Positions 1 through 14,258 of a DNA stretch of 39,300 nucleotides are shown here, one piece after another. A program made the translations under genes and the position numbers. The first letter of the stretch is position 1. Each line of letters opens with the position of its first letter. The stretch lies in contig CAYXQP010000004.1 of assembly GCA_964467515.1 (NCBI GenBank), positions 1-39,300 on the forward strand, read 5' to 3'. Below the pieces are notes generated by a model. That model was not told the DNA's origin, did not search any database, and was given only the letters and a program-made list of their open reading frames with translations. Source of the stretch: an uncultured Eubacteriales bacterium. GTDB lineage: Bacteria; Bacillota; Sulfobacillia; DYIH01; JBBIPI01.

Positions 1-42
1 ATAAGGGTGAGGTCGGTGGTTCGAGTCCACCTATGCCCACCA
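1..42 (+). tRNA. tRNA-Ile(GAT), 3' part (truncated by window edge)
   Basis: Last two anticodon bases (AT) and AA of the anticodon loop, GGTCGGTGGTTCGAGTCCACC T-arm and ACCA end. Lies in the rRNA spacer upstream of tRNA-Ala. Confidence 0.9.
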
Positions 43-184
43 GGCTGAGGGGGGTGTGCGGGAGGTTTCCGCTTGGGGCGGGTGGGGTAGTCCTGGGCGG
101 GGAGGGCAGGGTGGACGTTGAAAAGGTTTGGTCTGCGCGGTTGTCGGTTTCTCCGGGAGGGGGAGCGGGCGGCTGTGCGGGCGA

Positions 185-259
185 GGGGACGTAGCTCAGG
201 GGGAGAGCGCCTGCCTTGCAAGCAGGAGGGCGGCGGTTCGAATCCGCTCGTCTCCACCA
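185..259 (+). tRNA. tRNA-Ala(TGC)
   Basis: Acceptor stem GGGGACG/CGTCTCC with G3:U70, TAGCTCAG D-arm, anticodon TGC at 217-219, GTTCGAATC T-loop, encoded CCA. Confidence 0.97.
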
Positions 260-321
260 GGGTGGACCTTGGCAAGTGAATAGGTGGGGAAGTCGCTGGT
301 TTTCACGGGGCGGCCTAGCGG

Positions 322-3338
<3,017 letters not shown>

Positions 3339-3425
3339 TCGGGGCCGTCTCGTGGAAATTGGCGATTTCCCTTGGGTGCGAGCGCGGCTTGTGCCGGGGT
3401 GGCTGGGCCGCGCTGTGCGGGAGTT

Positions 3426-3546
<121 letters not shown>

Positions 3547-3553
3547 TATTGGG

Positions 3554-3598
3554 GGCCGGACGGGGAGGCGGCTTGGCCGCCGCCCGCCCGGCCTTTTT
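3554..3598 (+). terminator. rRNA operon intrinsic terminator
   Basis: GC-rich imperfect hairpin GGCCGGACGGGGAGGCGGC-TTG-GCCGCCGCCCGCCCGGCC followed by TTTTT. Confidence 0.7.
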
Positions 3599-3719
3599 GC
3601 ATCTGGGGCGGTGTCGCGCGGCGGCGGGGCGGGCGGGTGCTGCGCCCGCCGCTGCGCCCGCAGGGAAAGGCGGCCCCCGCGGCGAAGGGGCTTTACAGCG
3701 CATACGCCGCTGGCATATA

Positions 3720-3728
3720 TGATAGAAT
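3720..3728 (+). promoter_or_regulatory. Putative sigmaA extended -10 promoter for rho
   Basis: TG-A-TAGAAT in an AT-rich patch. TTTACA lies at 3692-3697 but is too far away for a canonical -35. Confidence 0.6.
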
Positions 3729-3970
3729 GAACGTGATTCAGCGAACGGTTCAGTTGGCGGAGCAAGTCCCTCTTCACGTCCCCAGGGGGAGAGTGCCAGA
3801 GGTTTGCCGAGCTTCTCTTCATCCGTGGTGAGGTGCGGACGGCCCTTCGTGGCAAGGTCGGAGATGGCTCCTTTGCGCGCCGTGCGGGTTCCCCGGGTTG
3901 TGGCCGCCGTCCGTAGCTGACCGTCCTGGCCTTGGAGAGCGGGCGAGAAAACCGAAGGGTGGAATGCACA

Positions 3971-5388
<1,418 letters not shown>

Positions 5389-5392
<4 letters not shown>

Positions 5393-5417
5393 GGGCGTTC
5401 TCGGTCGCTGGTACAAT
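5389..5417 (+). promoter_or_regulatory. sigmaA promoter for rpmE operon
   Basis: TTGAGG-N17-TACAAT with TG extension. Confidence 0.75.
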
Positions 5418-5453
5418 GGCCGCGCTTCGGCCCATCCGGAGGGAGGTGTCCGC

Positions 5454-5690
5454 GTGAAGCCCGGTTTGCATCCCGAATACCACGAGGCCGAGATAACCTG
5501 CGCCTGCGGGGCCGTCTACCGGGTCGGTTCCACCAAGCCGCGGCTGAGGGTCGAGATCTGCTCGCGCTGCCACCCCTTCTGGACCGGGACGCAAAAGCTG
5601 GTGGACACAGGCGGTCGGGTGGAGCGCTTCCTCCGCCGTTATCAGAATTACGGCCGCAAGGAGCCCCGCGAGCAGGCCCCCGGCGGCTGA
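5454..5690 (+). CDS. rpmE: 50S ribosomal protein L31, type A (zinc-binding)
   Basis: [13 protein letters not shown] and [10 protein letters not shown] motifs; GGAGGT RBS; rho-rpmE synteny. Confidence 0.97.
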   Translation: MKPGLHPEYHEAEITCACGAVYRVGSTKPRLRVEICSRCHPFWTGTQKLVDTGGRVERFLRRYQNYGRKEPREQAPGG

Positions 5691-5695
5691 GCGAG

Positions 5696-6592
5696 GTGGG
5701 GCCGGTGCGCCCTCTGTACGGGGGACAGGCCGTTCTCGAAGGTGTCATGATGCGGGGGCGCCGGCACATGGTGGTGGCCGTGCGCCGGGCGGACGGTGGC
5801 ATCCAGGTGGAGGAGCGCCCCGTCCGGCCCTGGGCCGAGCGTTGGCCTGTCTTCCGGCTGCCGGTCTGCCGTGGCGTCGCCGCGGTGGGTGAGTCCCTGA
5901 CGCTGGGCATGGCCGCTCTGAGTTTCTCCGCCGAGCAGGCGGCTGAGGGCGAGGGCGAGGAGCTGTCCCGCGGCCAGATCACCGTGGCCATGGCCCTGGC
6001 GGTGGCCCTGGCGGTGGGGCTCTTCGTCCTGCTCCCCACCTGGGCTGTCCGGCTCCTTGAGGGCCTGACGGGCAACGGGGTCGTCCTCAACCTGGTGGAG
6101 GGTTTGGTGCGCCTCGTCATCCTCCTCGGCTACCTGGCGGGTGTGGCGGTCCTCCCCGAGATCAGGCGGGTTCTCCAGTATCACGGGGCGGAGCACAAGG
6201 TCATCAACGCTTACGAGGTGGGGAACCCGCTCACGGTGGCCGGTGCGCGGGACTGCTCAACGCGGCACCCCCGCTGCGGCACGAGCTTCCTCCTGCTGGT
6301 GGCGGTCGTCAGCACGCTCCTCTTCGCCTTCACCGGCTGGCACGATCTGTGGACGAGGCTCGCCATCCGGCTCTCCCTGGTGCCGCTGGTGGCCGGCGTG
6401 GCTTACGAGGTGATAAGGCTGGCCGGCCGGCGATCGGCCCGCTGTCCCCTCTGGCTGGCGCCGCTGGTCCTTCCGGGCCTTTGGTTGCAGGGCCTGACCA
6501 CCAGGGAGCCCGACGATGCCCAGCTGGAGGTTGCCGTGGCGGCCCTGGAGGCCGCGGTGCGCCTGGACGCGGGCGTCGAGGCGGTCGGCTGA
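5696..6592 (+). CDS. DUF1385 (YqhQ-like) membrane protein
   Basis: [18 protein letters not shown] and HPRCGTSF motifs; hydrophobic segments; usual neighbour of prfA. Confidence 0.9.
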   Translation: MGPVRPLYGGQAVLEGVMMRGRRHMVVAVRRADGGIQVEERPVRPWAERWPVFRLPVCRGVAAVGESLTLGMAALSFSAEQAAEGEGEELSRGQITVAMALAVALAVGLFVLLPTWAVRLLEGLTGNGVVLNLVEGLVRLVILLGYLAGVAVLPEIRRVLQYHGAEHKVINAYEVGNPLTVAGARDCSTRHPRCGTSFLLLVAVVSTLLFAFTGWHDLWTRLAIRLSLVPLVAGVAYEVIRLAGRRSARCPLWLAPLVLPGLWLQGLTTREPDDAQLEVAVAALEAAVRLDAGVEAVG

Positions 6593-6605
6593 GAGAGGCA
6601 GCGCC

Positions 6606-7688
6606 ATGACCCTGGCACCCACGTGGTACGACAGACTCCTGGCACTGGAGCAAAAGTACGAGCGGCTGGAACGGGAGCTGGCGGATCCCGCCTTACTGGA
6701 GGACAGGGAGCGTTGGGAGGAGGCGGCGCGGGAGCGCGCGCGCCTGGAGCCGGTGGTGACGGCGCTGCGGTGCTGGCGAGGGGTGCGGGAGGATCTGGCG
6801 GCGGCCCGCCAGATGTTGAGGGAAGCCGAGCCGGGTGACGCGACGTGGTTGGCGGAGCAGGCGGACCACCTGGAGGACGAGGCGCGCCGGCTCGAGGAGG
6901 AGATCCTCGGTTTCCTCGCCGGCGCCAATCCCCGGGACGAGAAGAACGTCATCGTGGAGATCAGGGCGGGAGCCGGCGGCGAGGAGGCGGCCCTTTTCGC
7001 GGGCGACCTCTTGCGTATGTATGCCCGCTACGCGGAGAGACGCGGGTGGACCGTGGAGGTGCTGAGCAGCAGCGAGACCGGCCTCGGCGGTTTCCGCGAG
7101 GTCATCTTCCTGGTGCGCGGGAAGGGTGCCTACAGCCGCCTCAAGTATGAAAGCGGCGTGCACCGGGTGCAGCGGGTGCCGGTGACGGAGGCGGGCGGGC
7201 GCATCCATACTTCGACCGCCACGGTGGCCGTGCTGGCCGAGGCGGACGAGGTGGACGTGGAGGTCCGACCCGAGGACCTGCGCGTCGAGACGTTCCGGGC
7301 CGGGGGACACGGGGGGCAGCACGTCAACAAGACCGAGTCCGCCGTGCGGGTCACCCACCTTCCCACGGGCATCTCCGTTTCCTGCCAGGACGAGAGATCC
7401 CAGCACAAAAACAGGGCCCGGGCCATGGCCATCCTGCGGGCCCGGCTCTACGACCGCGCCAACCGGGAGAGGGAGGCGGCCGTGGCGGCGGAGCGGCGGA
7501 CGCAGGTGGGTACGGGGGAGCGCAGCGAGAAGATCCGGACCTACAACTTCCCCCAGGGCAGGGTGACGGACCACCGGGCCGGCATCTCTCTCCACCGTCT
7601 TCCCGAGATCCTGGACGGTGACCTGGACGAGCTCCTGGACGCCGTGGCCGCCCACCAGCGGGCGGCGGCCCTGGCCGCCGCGGAGTGA
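6606..7688 (+). CDS. prfA: Peptide chain release factor 1
   Basis: GGQ motif ([16 protein letters not shown]), PVT stop-codon recognition motif of RF1, [14 protein letters not shown]. Confidence 0.98.
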   Translation: MTLAPTWYDRLLALEQKYERLERELADPALLEDRERWEEAARERARLEPVVTALRCWRGVREDLAAARQMLREAEPGDATWLAEQADHLEDEARRLEEEILGFLAGANPRDEKNVIVEIRAGAGGEEAALFAGDLLRMYARYAERRGWTVEVLSSSETGLGGFREVIFLVRGKGAYSRLKYESGVHRVQRVPVTEAGGRIHTSTATVAVLAEADEVDVEVRPEDLRVETFRAGGHGGQHVNKTESAVRVTHLPTGISVSCQDERSQHKNRARAMAILRARLYDRANREREAAVAAERRTQVGTGERSEKIRTYNFPQGRVTDHRAGISLHRLPEILDGDLDELLDAVAAHQRAAALAAAE

Positions 7689-8584
7689 TGGCGCCACCCG
7701 CCGCGCGGGAGGCCCTGGCCATGGGCGCAGCTTGCCTGGAGCGGCACGGCATCCCGGCGCCGTGGCGCGAGGCTCGCTGGCTCCTGGCTCACGTCCTGCG
7801 GGTGTCGGTGTCGAACCTGGTGCTTCACCCGGAGCGCGAGCTGGACGAGAGGCGCTGGCGGCGTTTCCGCCGTTTGCTGGAGAGGCGGGCGCGCGGGGAG
7901 CCCCTCGCCTACGTGACCCGCATTGCCGAGTTCATGGGCCGTCCTTTCCTGGTGGGCAGGTCGGTGCTGGTACCCCGCCCGGAGACGGAGGTCCTCGTGC
8001 GGGTGGTGGCCGAGCACCTGCGGGACCGGCCGCCGCCCGTCACCCTGGCGGACCTGGGCACGGGGAGCGGGGTGGTGGCCGTCTGCCTCGCCCTGGCGCG
8101 GCGGGACGCCCTGGTGCACGCCGTGGACATATCCAGGGCCGCCCTGGGCGTGGCCCGGCGCAACGCCCGGTGCCACGGGGTGGCGGAGAGGGTGATCCTG
8201 CACTGGGGCGATCTCTGCCGGCCTCTGGAGGAAGCCGGTCTGCGGGGCCGCCTGGCGGCGGTGGCGGCCAACCCTCCTTATATCGGGAGATGCGACCTGG
8301 CGGTGGTGGAGGAGGGCGTCCGCCGGTACGAGCCGCTGGTCGCCCTGGTGGCGGGGGAGGACGGCCTGGCGGTGCTGAGGCGACTGGCGGCGGAGGCGCC
8401 GTCCTTCCTGGAGCCGGGCGGTCTCCTGGCCGTGGAGGTGGGCCTGGGTCAGGCGGGGGCGGTGGCTGACCTACTGCGCGGGGCCGGCCTGGCCGCCGTG
8501 CGCTGCTGGCGCGACGACGGCGGCGTGGAGAGGGTCGTCTCGGGCCGGAAGGAGGGGGGCGGCGGTGACGGCGCGGGTCCTTGA
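7688..8584 (+). CDS. prmC: Release-factor glutamine methyltransferase
   Basis: DLGTGSG SAM-binding motif, NPPY, VLVPRPETE; TGATG coupling to prfA. Confidence 0.95.
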   Translation: MAPPAAREALAMGAACLERHGIPAPWREARWLLAHVLRVSVSNLVLHPERELDERRWRRFRRLLERRARGEPLAYVTRIAEFMGRPFLVGRSVLVPRPETEVLVRVVAEHLRDRPPPVTLADLGTGSGVVAVCLALARRDALVHAVDISRAALGVARRNARCHGVAERVILHWGDLCRPLEEAGLRGRLAAVAANPPYIGRCDLAVVEEGVRRYEPLVALVAGEDGLAVLRRLAAEAPSFLEPGGLLAVEVGLGQAGAVADLLRGAGLAAVRCWRDDGGVERVVSGRKEGGGGDGAGP

Positions 8585-9584
8585 CGCTGTGCGGGAGGCA
8601 GCGGTGGCCGAGGCGGCTGCCCTGTTGCGCGAGGGTTTCCTGGTCGCCTTCCCGACCGAGACCGTCTACGGCCTGGGGGCCGACATCCGTCGGGGGGAGG
8701 CGGTCGGCCGGGTGCTGGCGGTCAAGGGCCGTCCGGCGGGGAAGCCGCTGATGCTGCACGTGGACGGTGTGCCCATGGCGCGGTCCGTGGCGCGCTGGAG
8801 CGCCGTGGCGGAGGCGCTGGCCCGCGCCTTCTGGCCGGGCCCCCTCACCCTGGTCCTGGAACCGGCCCGGGAATTGCCGCGGGCTGTCCTGGGTGAGGAC
8901 GGCGGCGTGAGCGTGCGCGCGCCCTCCCATCCCGTGGCGCTGGCCTTGATCGGCGCCTTGGGGGCGCCGCTGGCCGGGACGAGCGCCAACCGGTCGGGAC
9001 ACCCGAGCCCCACCACGGCCGCCGCCGTCCTGGCGGAGCTGGGGGGGGACATCGCGGCGGTCCTCGATGCCGGACCGACCCCCCTGGGCATGGAATCCAC
9101 CGTCCTCGACCTGCGGGGAGCGGTGCCGCGCATCCTGCGGCCGGGTCCCGTCTCGCCCGAGGAACTGGAAGCCGCCGTGGGTCTCGCGCCCGCGTCCGGG
9201 CGGGAGGTCACCCCCGGGCGCATGGCGGTGGTCTCCGGCTCCGGCCGCCCGATCCCGCTCCTTCTCCTGGGAGGTGAGCCGGAGCGGGTCAGGAGGGCCG
9301 TCCTGGAGGAGGCGGTGCGGCACGCGAGGGCCGGGAGGCTGGTGGGCTTCCTCGGCAGCCTCGAGCTGGCGGAGCGCCTGGCGGGTGCGGGCGTTCGCAC
9401 CGAAGCCCTGGGCCCCGCCGCCCGCCCCGGGGAATGGGGCTGGCGGCTCTTCGCCGCCCTCCGCGCCTTGGGCGAGGCCGGGGTTGATGTTATCCTGGCG
9501 GAAGAGCCTCAGGAGACGCCGGGGGCGACGGCGGTGCGGGATCGCCTGCGGCGGGCGGCGTCCGAGGTGAGGATCCTGAGGTGA
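8565..9584 (+). CDS. sua5: L-threonylcarbamoyladenylate synthase, Sua5/YwlC type
   Basis: AFPTETVYGLG, KGRP, WPGPLT, SAN and GxESTVLD motifs, plus a C-terminal Sua5 domain. Confidence 0.93.
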   Translation: MTARVLDAVREAAVAEAAALLREGFLVAFPTETVYGLGADIRRGEAVGRVLAVKGRPAGKPLMLHVDGVPMARSVARWSAVAEALARAFWPGPLTLVLEPARELPRAVLGEDGGVSVRAPSHPVALALIGALGAPLAGTSANRSGHPSPTTAAAVLAELGGDIAAVLDAGPTPLGMESTVLDLRGAVPRILRPGPVSPEELEAAVGLAPASGREVTPGRMAVVSGSGRPIPLLLLGGEPERVRRAVLEEAVRHARAGRLVGFLGSLELAERLAGAGVRTEALGPAARPGEWGWRLFAALRALGEAGVDVILAEEPQETPGATAVRDRLRRAASEVRILR

Positions 9585-10159
9585 GCGGCCCGGTGGCGGC
9601 GGAGGAACCGAGGGGGGAGCGGGTGTGGCGTGTCCTCGTGGTGTGCACGGGCAACACCTGCCGCAGTCCCATGGCGGCCGCGCTGCTGGCCCGGGCCGCC
9701 CGACGGGCGGGCTGCCCGGTGCGGGTGATCTCGGCGGGGGTGGGCGCCTGGGAGGGGAGCCCGGCCTCCGGAGGGGCCGTGAGGGCCCTGCGGAGCTACG
9801 GGGAGGACATCTCGTCCCATCGTTCCCGCCGGCTGGCCTCCGACGAAGTCCGGTCCGCCGACCTGGTGCTCACCATGACGCGGGCGCAGAGGGCCATGGT
9901 GCGCCTTCTCGTCCCCGAGGCGGCGGACCGGGTCTACACCCTGGGGGGCTTCGCCCTTTCCGGCTGGCGGGCCGGTGAGGCCGAGGGCGAGGACGTGGAC
10001 ATCCCGGATCCCCTGGGCGGTTCCGACGAGGAATACGGGCGGACGGCGGCGCGGCTCTGGTCGCTGGCCAACGACGCGATGCGGTGGCTCTGCGCCGGAC
10101 GGGGCTCCGCCGGCGGGACGGGGGGAGGTGTGGGCGATGAGGATCGCGCTGGGCTCTGA
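9581..10159 (+). CDS. ywlE: Low-molecular-weight protein arginine phosphatase (YwlE-type)
   Basis: P-loop CTGNTCRS (Thr typical of arginine phosphatases rather than Ile of LMW-PTPs), DIPDP; ywl synteny. Confidence 0.85.
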   Translation: MSGPVAAEEPRGERVWRVLVVCTGNTCRSPMAAALLARAARRAGCPVRVISAGVGAWEGSPASGGAVRALRSYGEDISSHRSRRLASDEVRSADLVLTMTRAQRAMVRLLVPEAADRVYTLGGFALSGWRAGEAEGEDVDIPDPLGGSDEEYGRTAARLWSLANDAMRWLCAGRGSAGGTGGGVGDEDRAGL

Positions 10160-10595
10160 CCACGGCGGTTACCAACTCAAGCAGGCCGTGGCGGAATGGG
10201 TGCGGGAGCTGGGCCACCAGGTCCACGACTACGGGGTTCACTCGCCGGAGTCCGCCGACTACCCCGACTACGCCGAGCAGGTGGCGGCCGCGGTGGCCAG
10301 GGGAGAGGCAGACCGGGGGATCCTGGTGTGCGGGACGGGCATCGGCATGTCCATGGCGGCCAACAAGGTGCCGGGCGTGCGCGCCTCCGTCTGTCACGAC
10401 GTGTTCTCGGCCCGCGCCACCAGGGAGCACAACGATGCCAACGTCCTCTGCCTGGGGGAGAGGGTGATCGGCCCCGGGCTGGCGAGAGCCATCGTGGAGA
10501 CCTGGCTGGCGGCCGAGTTCGCCGGCGGCCGCCATGCCCGGCGGGTGGACAAGATCAGGGAGCTAGAGAGGAGATACTGCGGCGGTGAGCGGTGA
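10137..10595 (+). CDS. rpiB: Ribose-5-phosphate isomerase B
   Basis: MRIALGSDHGG, CGTGIGMSMAANK, HNDANVLCLG, GGRHARRV. Confidence 0.97.
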   Translation: MRIALGSDHGGYQLKQAVAEWVRELGHQVHDYGVHSPESADYPDYAEQVAAAVARGEADRGILVCGTGIGMSMAANKVPGVRASVCHDVFSARATREHNDANVLCLGERVIGPGLARAIVETWLAAEFAGGRHARRVDKIRELERRYCGGER

Positions 10596-10601
10596 GAAAC
10601 C

Positions 10602-11057
10602 GTGGCCAGGCCGGCGTGGGACGACTACTTCCTCCGGATGGCCGAGCTGGCGGCCAGCCGTTCTACCTGCCCGCGGCGGCACGTGGGGGCGGTCCTGGTG
10701 AGGGATCGCCAGGTGGTGGCCACGGGCTACAACGGGAGCGTGCGGGGGGACGTCCACTGCGAGGACGCTGGCTGCCTCCTGGAGAACGGCCACTGCGTCC
10801 GCTGCGTGCACGCGGAGCTGAATGCCCTTCTCCAATGCGCCGCCTCGAGCCAGACCAGCGCCGGCACCACCATGTACTGCACCGACTTCCCCTGCCTCAG
10901 CTGCGCCAAGGCCATGGTGCAGGCGCGCGTGAGCGCCGTGGTGTATCGGCTTCCCTATCCTGACGAGCGATCGTGCGACGTGCTGCGCCGGGCCGGGGTC
11001 GCCCTCTACCGGGCGACGGCGGGTGCCGACGGGTACGTCCTCGTAAGGGAGGCGTGA
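10602..11057 (+). CDS. dCMP deaminase (ComEB-like cytidine/deoxycytidylate deaminase)
   Basis: WDDYFL, STCPRRHVGA, ATGYNG, Zn motifs HAE and PCLSC. Confidence 0.9.
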   Translation: MARPAWDDYFLRMAELAASRSTCPRRHVGAVLVRDRQVVATGYNGSVRGDVHCEDAGCLLENGHCVRCVHAELNALLQCAASSQTSAGTTMYCTDFPCLSCAKAMVQARVSAVVYRLPYPDERSCDVLRRAGVALYRATAGADGYVLVREA

Positions 11058-11060
11058 GGG

Positions 11061-11513
11061 GTGGCGTCCCGACGCCGTGCGGGCGTGCGCCCGCCGCGGG
11101 AAGGCTTACCCGCGGCCGTGCAGACCAAGACCATCGCCCTGCCCCGGCTCAACAACCTGCGCCCGACCCTCGAGTCCACCGCCCTCAAGCTGATGGAGGA
11201 GGCCGGCGAGCTGAGCGAGGCCATAGGCAAGTTCCGCGCCCTGAGCGGGGAGCGGACGGCCCTCGAGGAGCGGGACGTGGCCTGGATCGTCTGCCGCGAG
11301 CTGCTGGACGTGGCCCAGACCGCCGTCACCATGCTCTTCGTCCTGGAGGAGCAGTATCGCGTGGACATGGAGGCGGCTCTCCGGGCCCACGTGCAAAAGC
11401 TTCTGGACAAGGGTTACCTGACCCTGGGCGCCGGCGGCCGGGCGGGCTCGGGGGAGGCGCCGCCCCGCGCGGGGCGAGAGGATCCCGGTGTCCTGCGCCG
11501 GCGCCCGGTTTGA
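11061..11513 (+). CDS. MazG-like nucleotide pyrophosphohydrolase family protein
   Basis: KLMEEAGELSEAIGK and ELLDVAQ acidic metal-binding helices typical of all-alpha NTP pyrophosphatases. Confidence 0.8.
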   Translation: MASRRRAGVRPPREGLPAAVQTKTIALPRLNNLRPTLESTALKLMEEAGELSEAIGKFRALSGERTALEERDVAWIVCRELLDVAQTAVTMLFVLEEQYRVDMEAALRAHVQKLLDKGYLTLGAGGRAGSGEAPPRAGREDPGVLRRRPV

Positions 11514-11519
11514 CGGCGT

Positions 11520-11548
11520 TTGACCGATTTCCGGCCGGGGAATAAAAT
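11520..11548 (+). promoter_or_regulatory. sigmaA promoter for tagO-mnaA
   Basis: TTGACC-N17-TAAAAT. Confidence 0.8.
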
Positions 11549-11596
11549 CACTTTTCGGACCGGGTGTCGTTGCGCGAGGCGGGGGGCTGAGAGAGG

Positions 11597-12649
11597 TTGT
11601 CGTGGGATCAGGTGACCGCGCTGGCCATGGCCGCCGTCCTGGCGGCGGTCCTAACCCCGCTCGTCCGCCGGGTGGCGCTGGCGGTGGGCGCCCTGGACAG
11701 GCCCGGGCACCGGAGCGTGCACACGCGGCCCGTGCCGTTCCTGGGCGGCGTCGCCGTGTACCTGGCCTTCGCCATCGCCACGGCGGTCACCCTGGGGCTG
11801 GACCGGCCCGAGGTGCGGGGTATCCTCCTGGGCGGCTGTTTCCTCCTCGCCTTCGGCATCCTCGACGATTTCCGGCCCCTGCGGCCCCGCGCCAAGGTGG
11901 CGGGCCAGGTGCTGGCGGCTCTCATCGGCTGGGCGTGGGGCGTGAGGATAGACTTCGTCACCAACCCCTTCGGGGGCGGTCTGTTGCACCTTGGGTACCT
12001 GGCGCTGCCCGTGACGGTGCTCTGGGTGGTGGCCGTTGTCAACGTCATCAACCTGATAGACGGGCTGGACGGGCTGGCGGCGGGCATCGTGGCCATCGCG
12101 AGCGCCGTGCTCCTGGTATCCGCCTCCCAGATGGGCATGCCCCTGCCCGCCCTCACCCTGGCCACTCTCCTGGCGGCCTCCCTGGCCGGTGGCGCCCTCG
12201 GCTTCCTCCCCTACAACTTCCACCCCGCCCGCGTCTTCCTGGGGGACGGCGGCTCCATGTTCCTGGGCTACGCCCTGGCTTCCATATCCATGGAGGGATC
12301 GCTCAAGAGCCCGGCCGTGCTGGCCCTGGCGGTGCCCGTGCTGGCCATCGGCCTGCCCGTCTTCGACACGGCGCTGGCCGTCTGGCGCCGGTGGCGGCGG
12401 GGGGTTCCCATCGGCACCCCCGACCGGGAGCACTTCCATCACCGCCTTCTGCAGGCCGGCCTGAGCCAGCGGGAGGCCGTCCTCATCATGTACCTGGCCA
12501 GCGCCTGGCTGGGGGTGGGCGTGCTAGCCATCATCCACGCCGACCTGCGGGTGGCTTTCGTCATCCTGGCCCTGGTGGGCGCCAGTCTCTATTTTGCGGG
12601 CAGAAAGGTGGGCGTCTCCGCCGCTGCACGGGAGCAGAGTTCCCACTGA
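11597..12649 (+). CDS. tagO: UDP-GlcNAc:undecaprenyl-phosphate GlcNAc-1-phosphate transferase (TagO/WecA, MraY family)
   Basis: GILDD, NVINLIDGLDGLA, NFHPARVFLGDGGS, PDREHFHHRL; polytopic membrane protein. Confidence 0.9.
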   Translation: MSWDQVTALAMAAVLAAVLTPLVRRVALAVGALDRPGHRSVHTRPVPFLGGVAVYLAFAIATAVTLGLDRPEVRGILLGGCFLLAFGILDDFRPLRPRAKVAGQVLAALIGWAWGVRIDFVTNPFGGGLLHLGYLALPVTVLWVVAVVNVINLIDGLDGLAAGIVAIASAVLLVSASQMGMPLPALTLATLLAASLAGGALGFLPYNFHPARVFLGDGGSMFLGYALASISMEGSLKSPAVLALAVPVLAIGLPVFDTALAVWRRWRRGVPIGTPDREHFHHRLLQAGLSQREAVLIMYLASAWLGVGVLAIIHADLRVAFVILALVGASLYFAGRKVGVSAAAREQSSH

Positions 12650-12662
12650 GGTCGTCCCCTCG

Positions 12663-13838
12663 GTGCCGGTCCGCCGGGAGGCGCCGCGCCTCCCCCTGAG
12701 GGTCCTCAGCATCTTCGGCACGCGCCCCGAGGCCATCAAGATGGCTCCCGTCGTCCGGTGCCTGCGGGAGGCCCCCGACCTGCGGAGCCTCGTCCTGGTC
12801 ACGGCCCAGCACCGCGAGATGCTGGACCAGGTCCTGGTGCACTTCGGCATCGAGCCCGACTTCGACCTGGACATCATGCGGGAGAGGCAGAGCCTGGAGG
12901 ACGTCACCGTGTGGTCGCTCCGAGGCGTGGCGGGCGTGCTGGAGCGGGTGCGGCCCGACCTGGTCCTGGTGCACGGCGACACCACCACCACCATGGCCGG
13001 CGCCCTGGCCGCCTTCTACCACCGGCTTCCCATCGGGCACGTGGAGGCCGGCCTGCGGACGCGGGACAAGTACGCCCCCTTCCCCGAGGAAATGAACCGG
13101 CACCTGACGGGGGTGCTGGCGGACCTGCACTTCGCGCCCACCCGGACGGCCCGCGACAACCTCCTGCGGGAGGGGGTGGACGCGACCCGGATCTGGGTCA
13201 CGGGCAACACGGCCATTGACGCCCTCCTGGACACGGTGCGGCCGGATCACGTCTTCGCGGACGAAACCCTCGCCTCCCTCGCCGCCGACGGGCGCCGGTT
13301 GCTGGCGGTGGAGGCCCACCGCCGGGAGAACTGGGGGCAGCCCATGGAGGAGATCTGCGCCGCCCTGGCCGAGGTGGTCCGGGCACACCCCGACGTGCTC
13401 CTGATCTACTCCGTGCACCTGAACCCGGCCGTCCGGGAGCCGGTGCGGCGCCACCTGGAGGGGCTGGAGCGGGTGGTGCTGGTCCCGCCCGTTTCCTATC
13501 CGGACTGGGCCAACCTGATGGCCAGGAGCCACATGGTGGTGACCGATTCCGGCGGTCTCCAGGAGGAGGCGCCCGCCCTGGGCAAGCCGGTGGTGCTCCT
13601 CAGGGAAACCACGGAGCGCCCCGAGGCCCTGGCGGCGGGCACCGTGTGGCAGGCGGGCGTGCGGCGGGACCGGATAGTTCACGCCATCACAACCCTCCTC
13701 ACGGACCAAGGGGTTTACGGGCGGATGGCGCGCGCGGTGAACCCGTACGGCGACGGGCGGGCGGCCGCGAGAATCGTGTCAGCCATTAGGTATTTCTTCG
13801 GCCTTTCGCTGGCGTCTCCGGAGGAGTACGAAGTATAA
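12663..13838 (+). CDS. wecB: UDP-N-acetylglucosamine 2-epimerase (non-hydrolysing; MnaA/WecB)
   Basis: FGTRPEAIKMAP, HGDTTT, HVEAGLRT, PFPEEMNR, DSGGLQEEAP, NPYGDG. Start uncertain (ORF extends to 12594). Confidence 0.95.
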   Translation: MPVRREAPRLPLRVLSIFGTRPEAIKMAPVVRCLREAPDLRSLVLVTAQHREMLDQVLVHFGIEPDFDLDIMRERQSLEDVTVWSLRGVAGVLERVRPDLVLVHGDTTTTMAGALAAFYHRLPIGHVEAGLRTRDKYAPFPEEMNRHLTGVLADLHFAPTRTARDNLLREGVDATRIWVTGNTAIDALLDTVRPDHVFADETLASLAADGRRLLAVEAHRRENWGQPMEEICAALAEVVRAHPDVLLIYSVHLNPAVREPVRRHLEGLERVVLVPPVSYPDWANLMARSHMVVTDSGGLQEEAPALGKPVVLLRETTERPEALAAGTVWQAGVRRDRIVHAITTLLTDQGVYGRMARAVNPYGDGRAAARIVSAIRYFFGLSLASPEEYEV

Positions 13839-13839
13839 T
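13834..13839 (+). promoter_or_regulatory. Putative -10 box for the atp operon
   Basis: Perfect TATAAT overlapping the wecB stop; no good -35. Confidence 0.5.
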
Positions 13840-13943
13840 ATGCCCTTGGGTGACCGCCCAGCTGGCGGGCTAGTTTGAGATAATTTTCACATGCTGGGCG
13901 TTGGACCTTAGCAAAGAGGCCGGGCAGGCGGGGCGGTGGGACC

Positions 13944-14255
13944 ATGCGGGATGGGGAGTATGCTCTCTGGAGCATTCTCTTCGCCCACGGTCTCACGGCG
14001 GCGCTGACCGTCTACCTGGCGGTGCGGGGCGGGTACTGGCTCGACCGGAGGCTCGGCACGGCGCCGTGGCTCATGCTGGCGTTGGTCCTGCTGGTGGTGG
14101 CGGCCAACATCCGTCTCCTGATCAAGGATCTGGTGGCAGCGCTCGATCGGGGTGCCTCACCCCCGGGCGCCGGCCGGGGCGGCGGCTCTCCCCGGGGCGG
14201 GGGAGGAAACAATAATGACCGCAGCTCCGAGGACGGCGAAGGGGAGGAGGACTGA
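13944..14255 (+). CDS. AtpZ/AtpI-family small membrane protein (ATPase gene 1)
   Basis: Two TM helices flanking GYWLDRRLGTAPW; first gene of the atp operon. Confidence 0.8.
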   Translation: MRDGEYALWSILFAHGLTAALTVYLAVRGGYWLDRRLGTAPWLMLALVLLVVAANIRLLIKDLVAALDRGASPPGAGRGGGSPRGGGGNNNDRSSEDGEGEED

Positions 14256-14258
14256 TCG

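Noticed and set aside
10602-11513. dCMP deaminase plus MazG-like gene as a nucleotide-depletion antiphage system
   Set aside because: The deaminase is a short ComEB-type enzyme without the kinase domain of defence dCTP deaminases, and the pair sits in a housekeeping locus with host-like codon usage.
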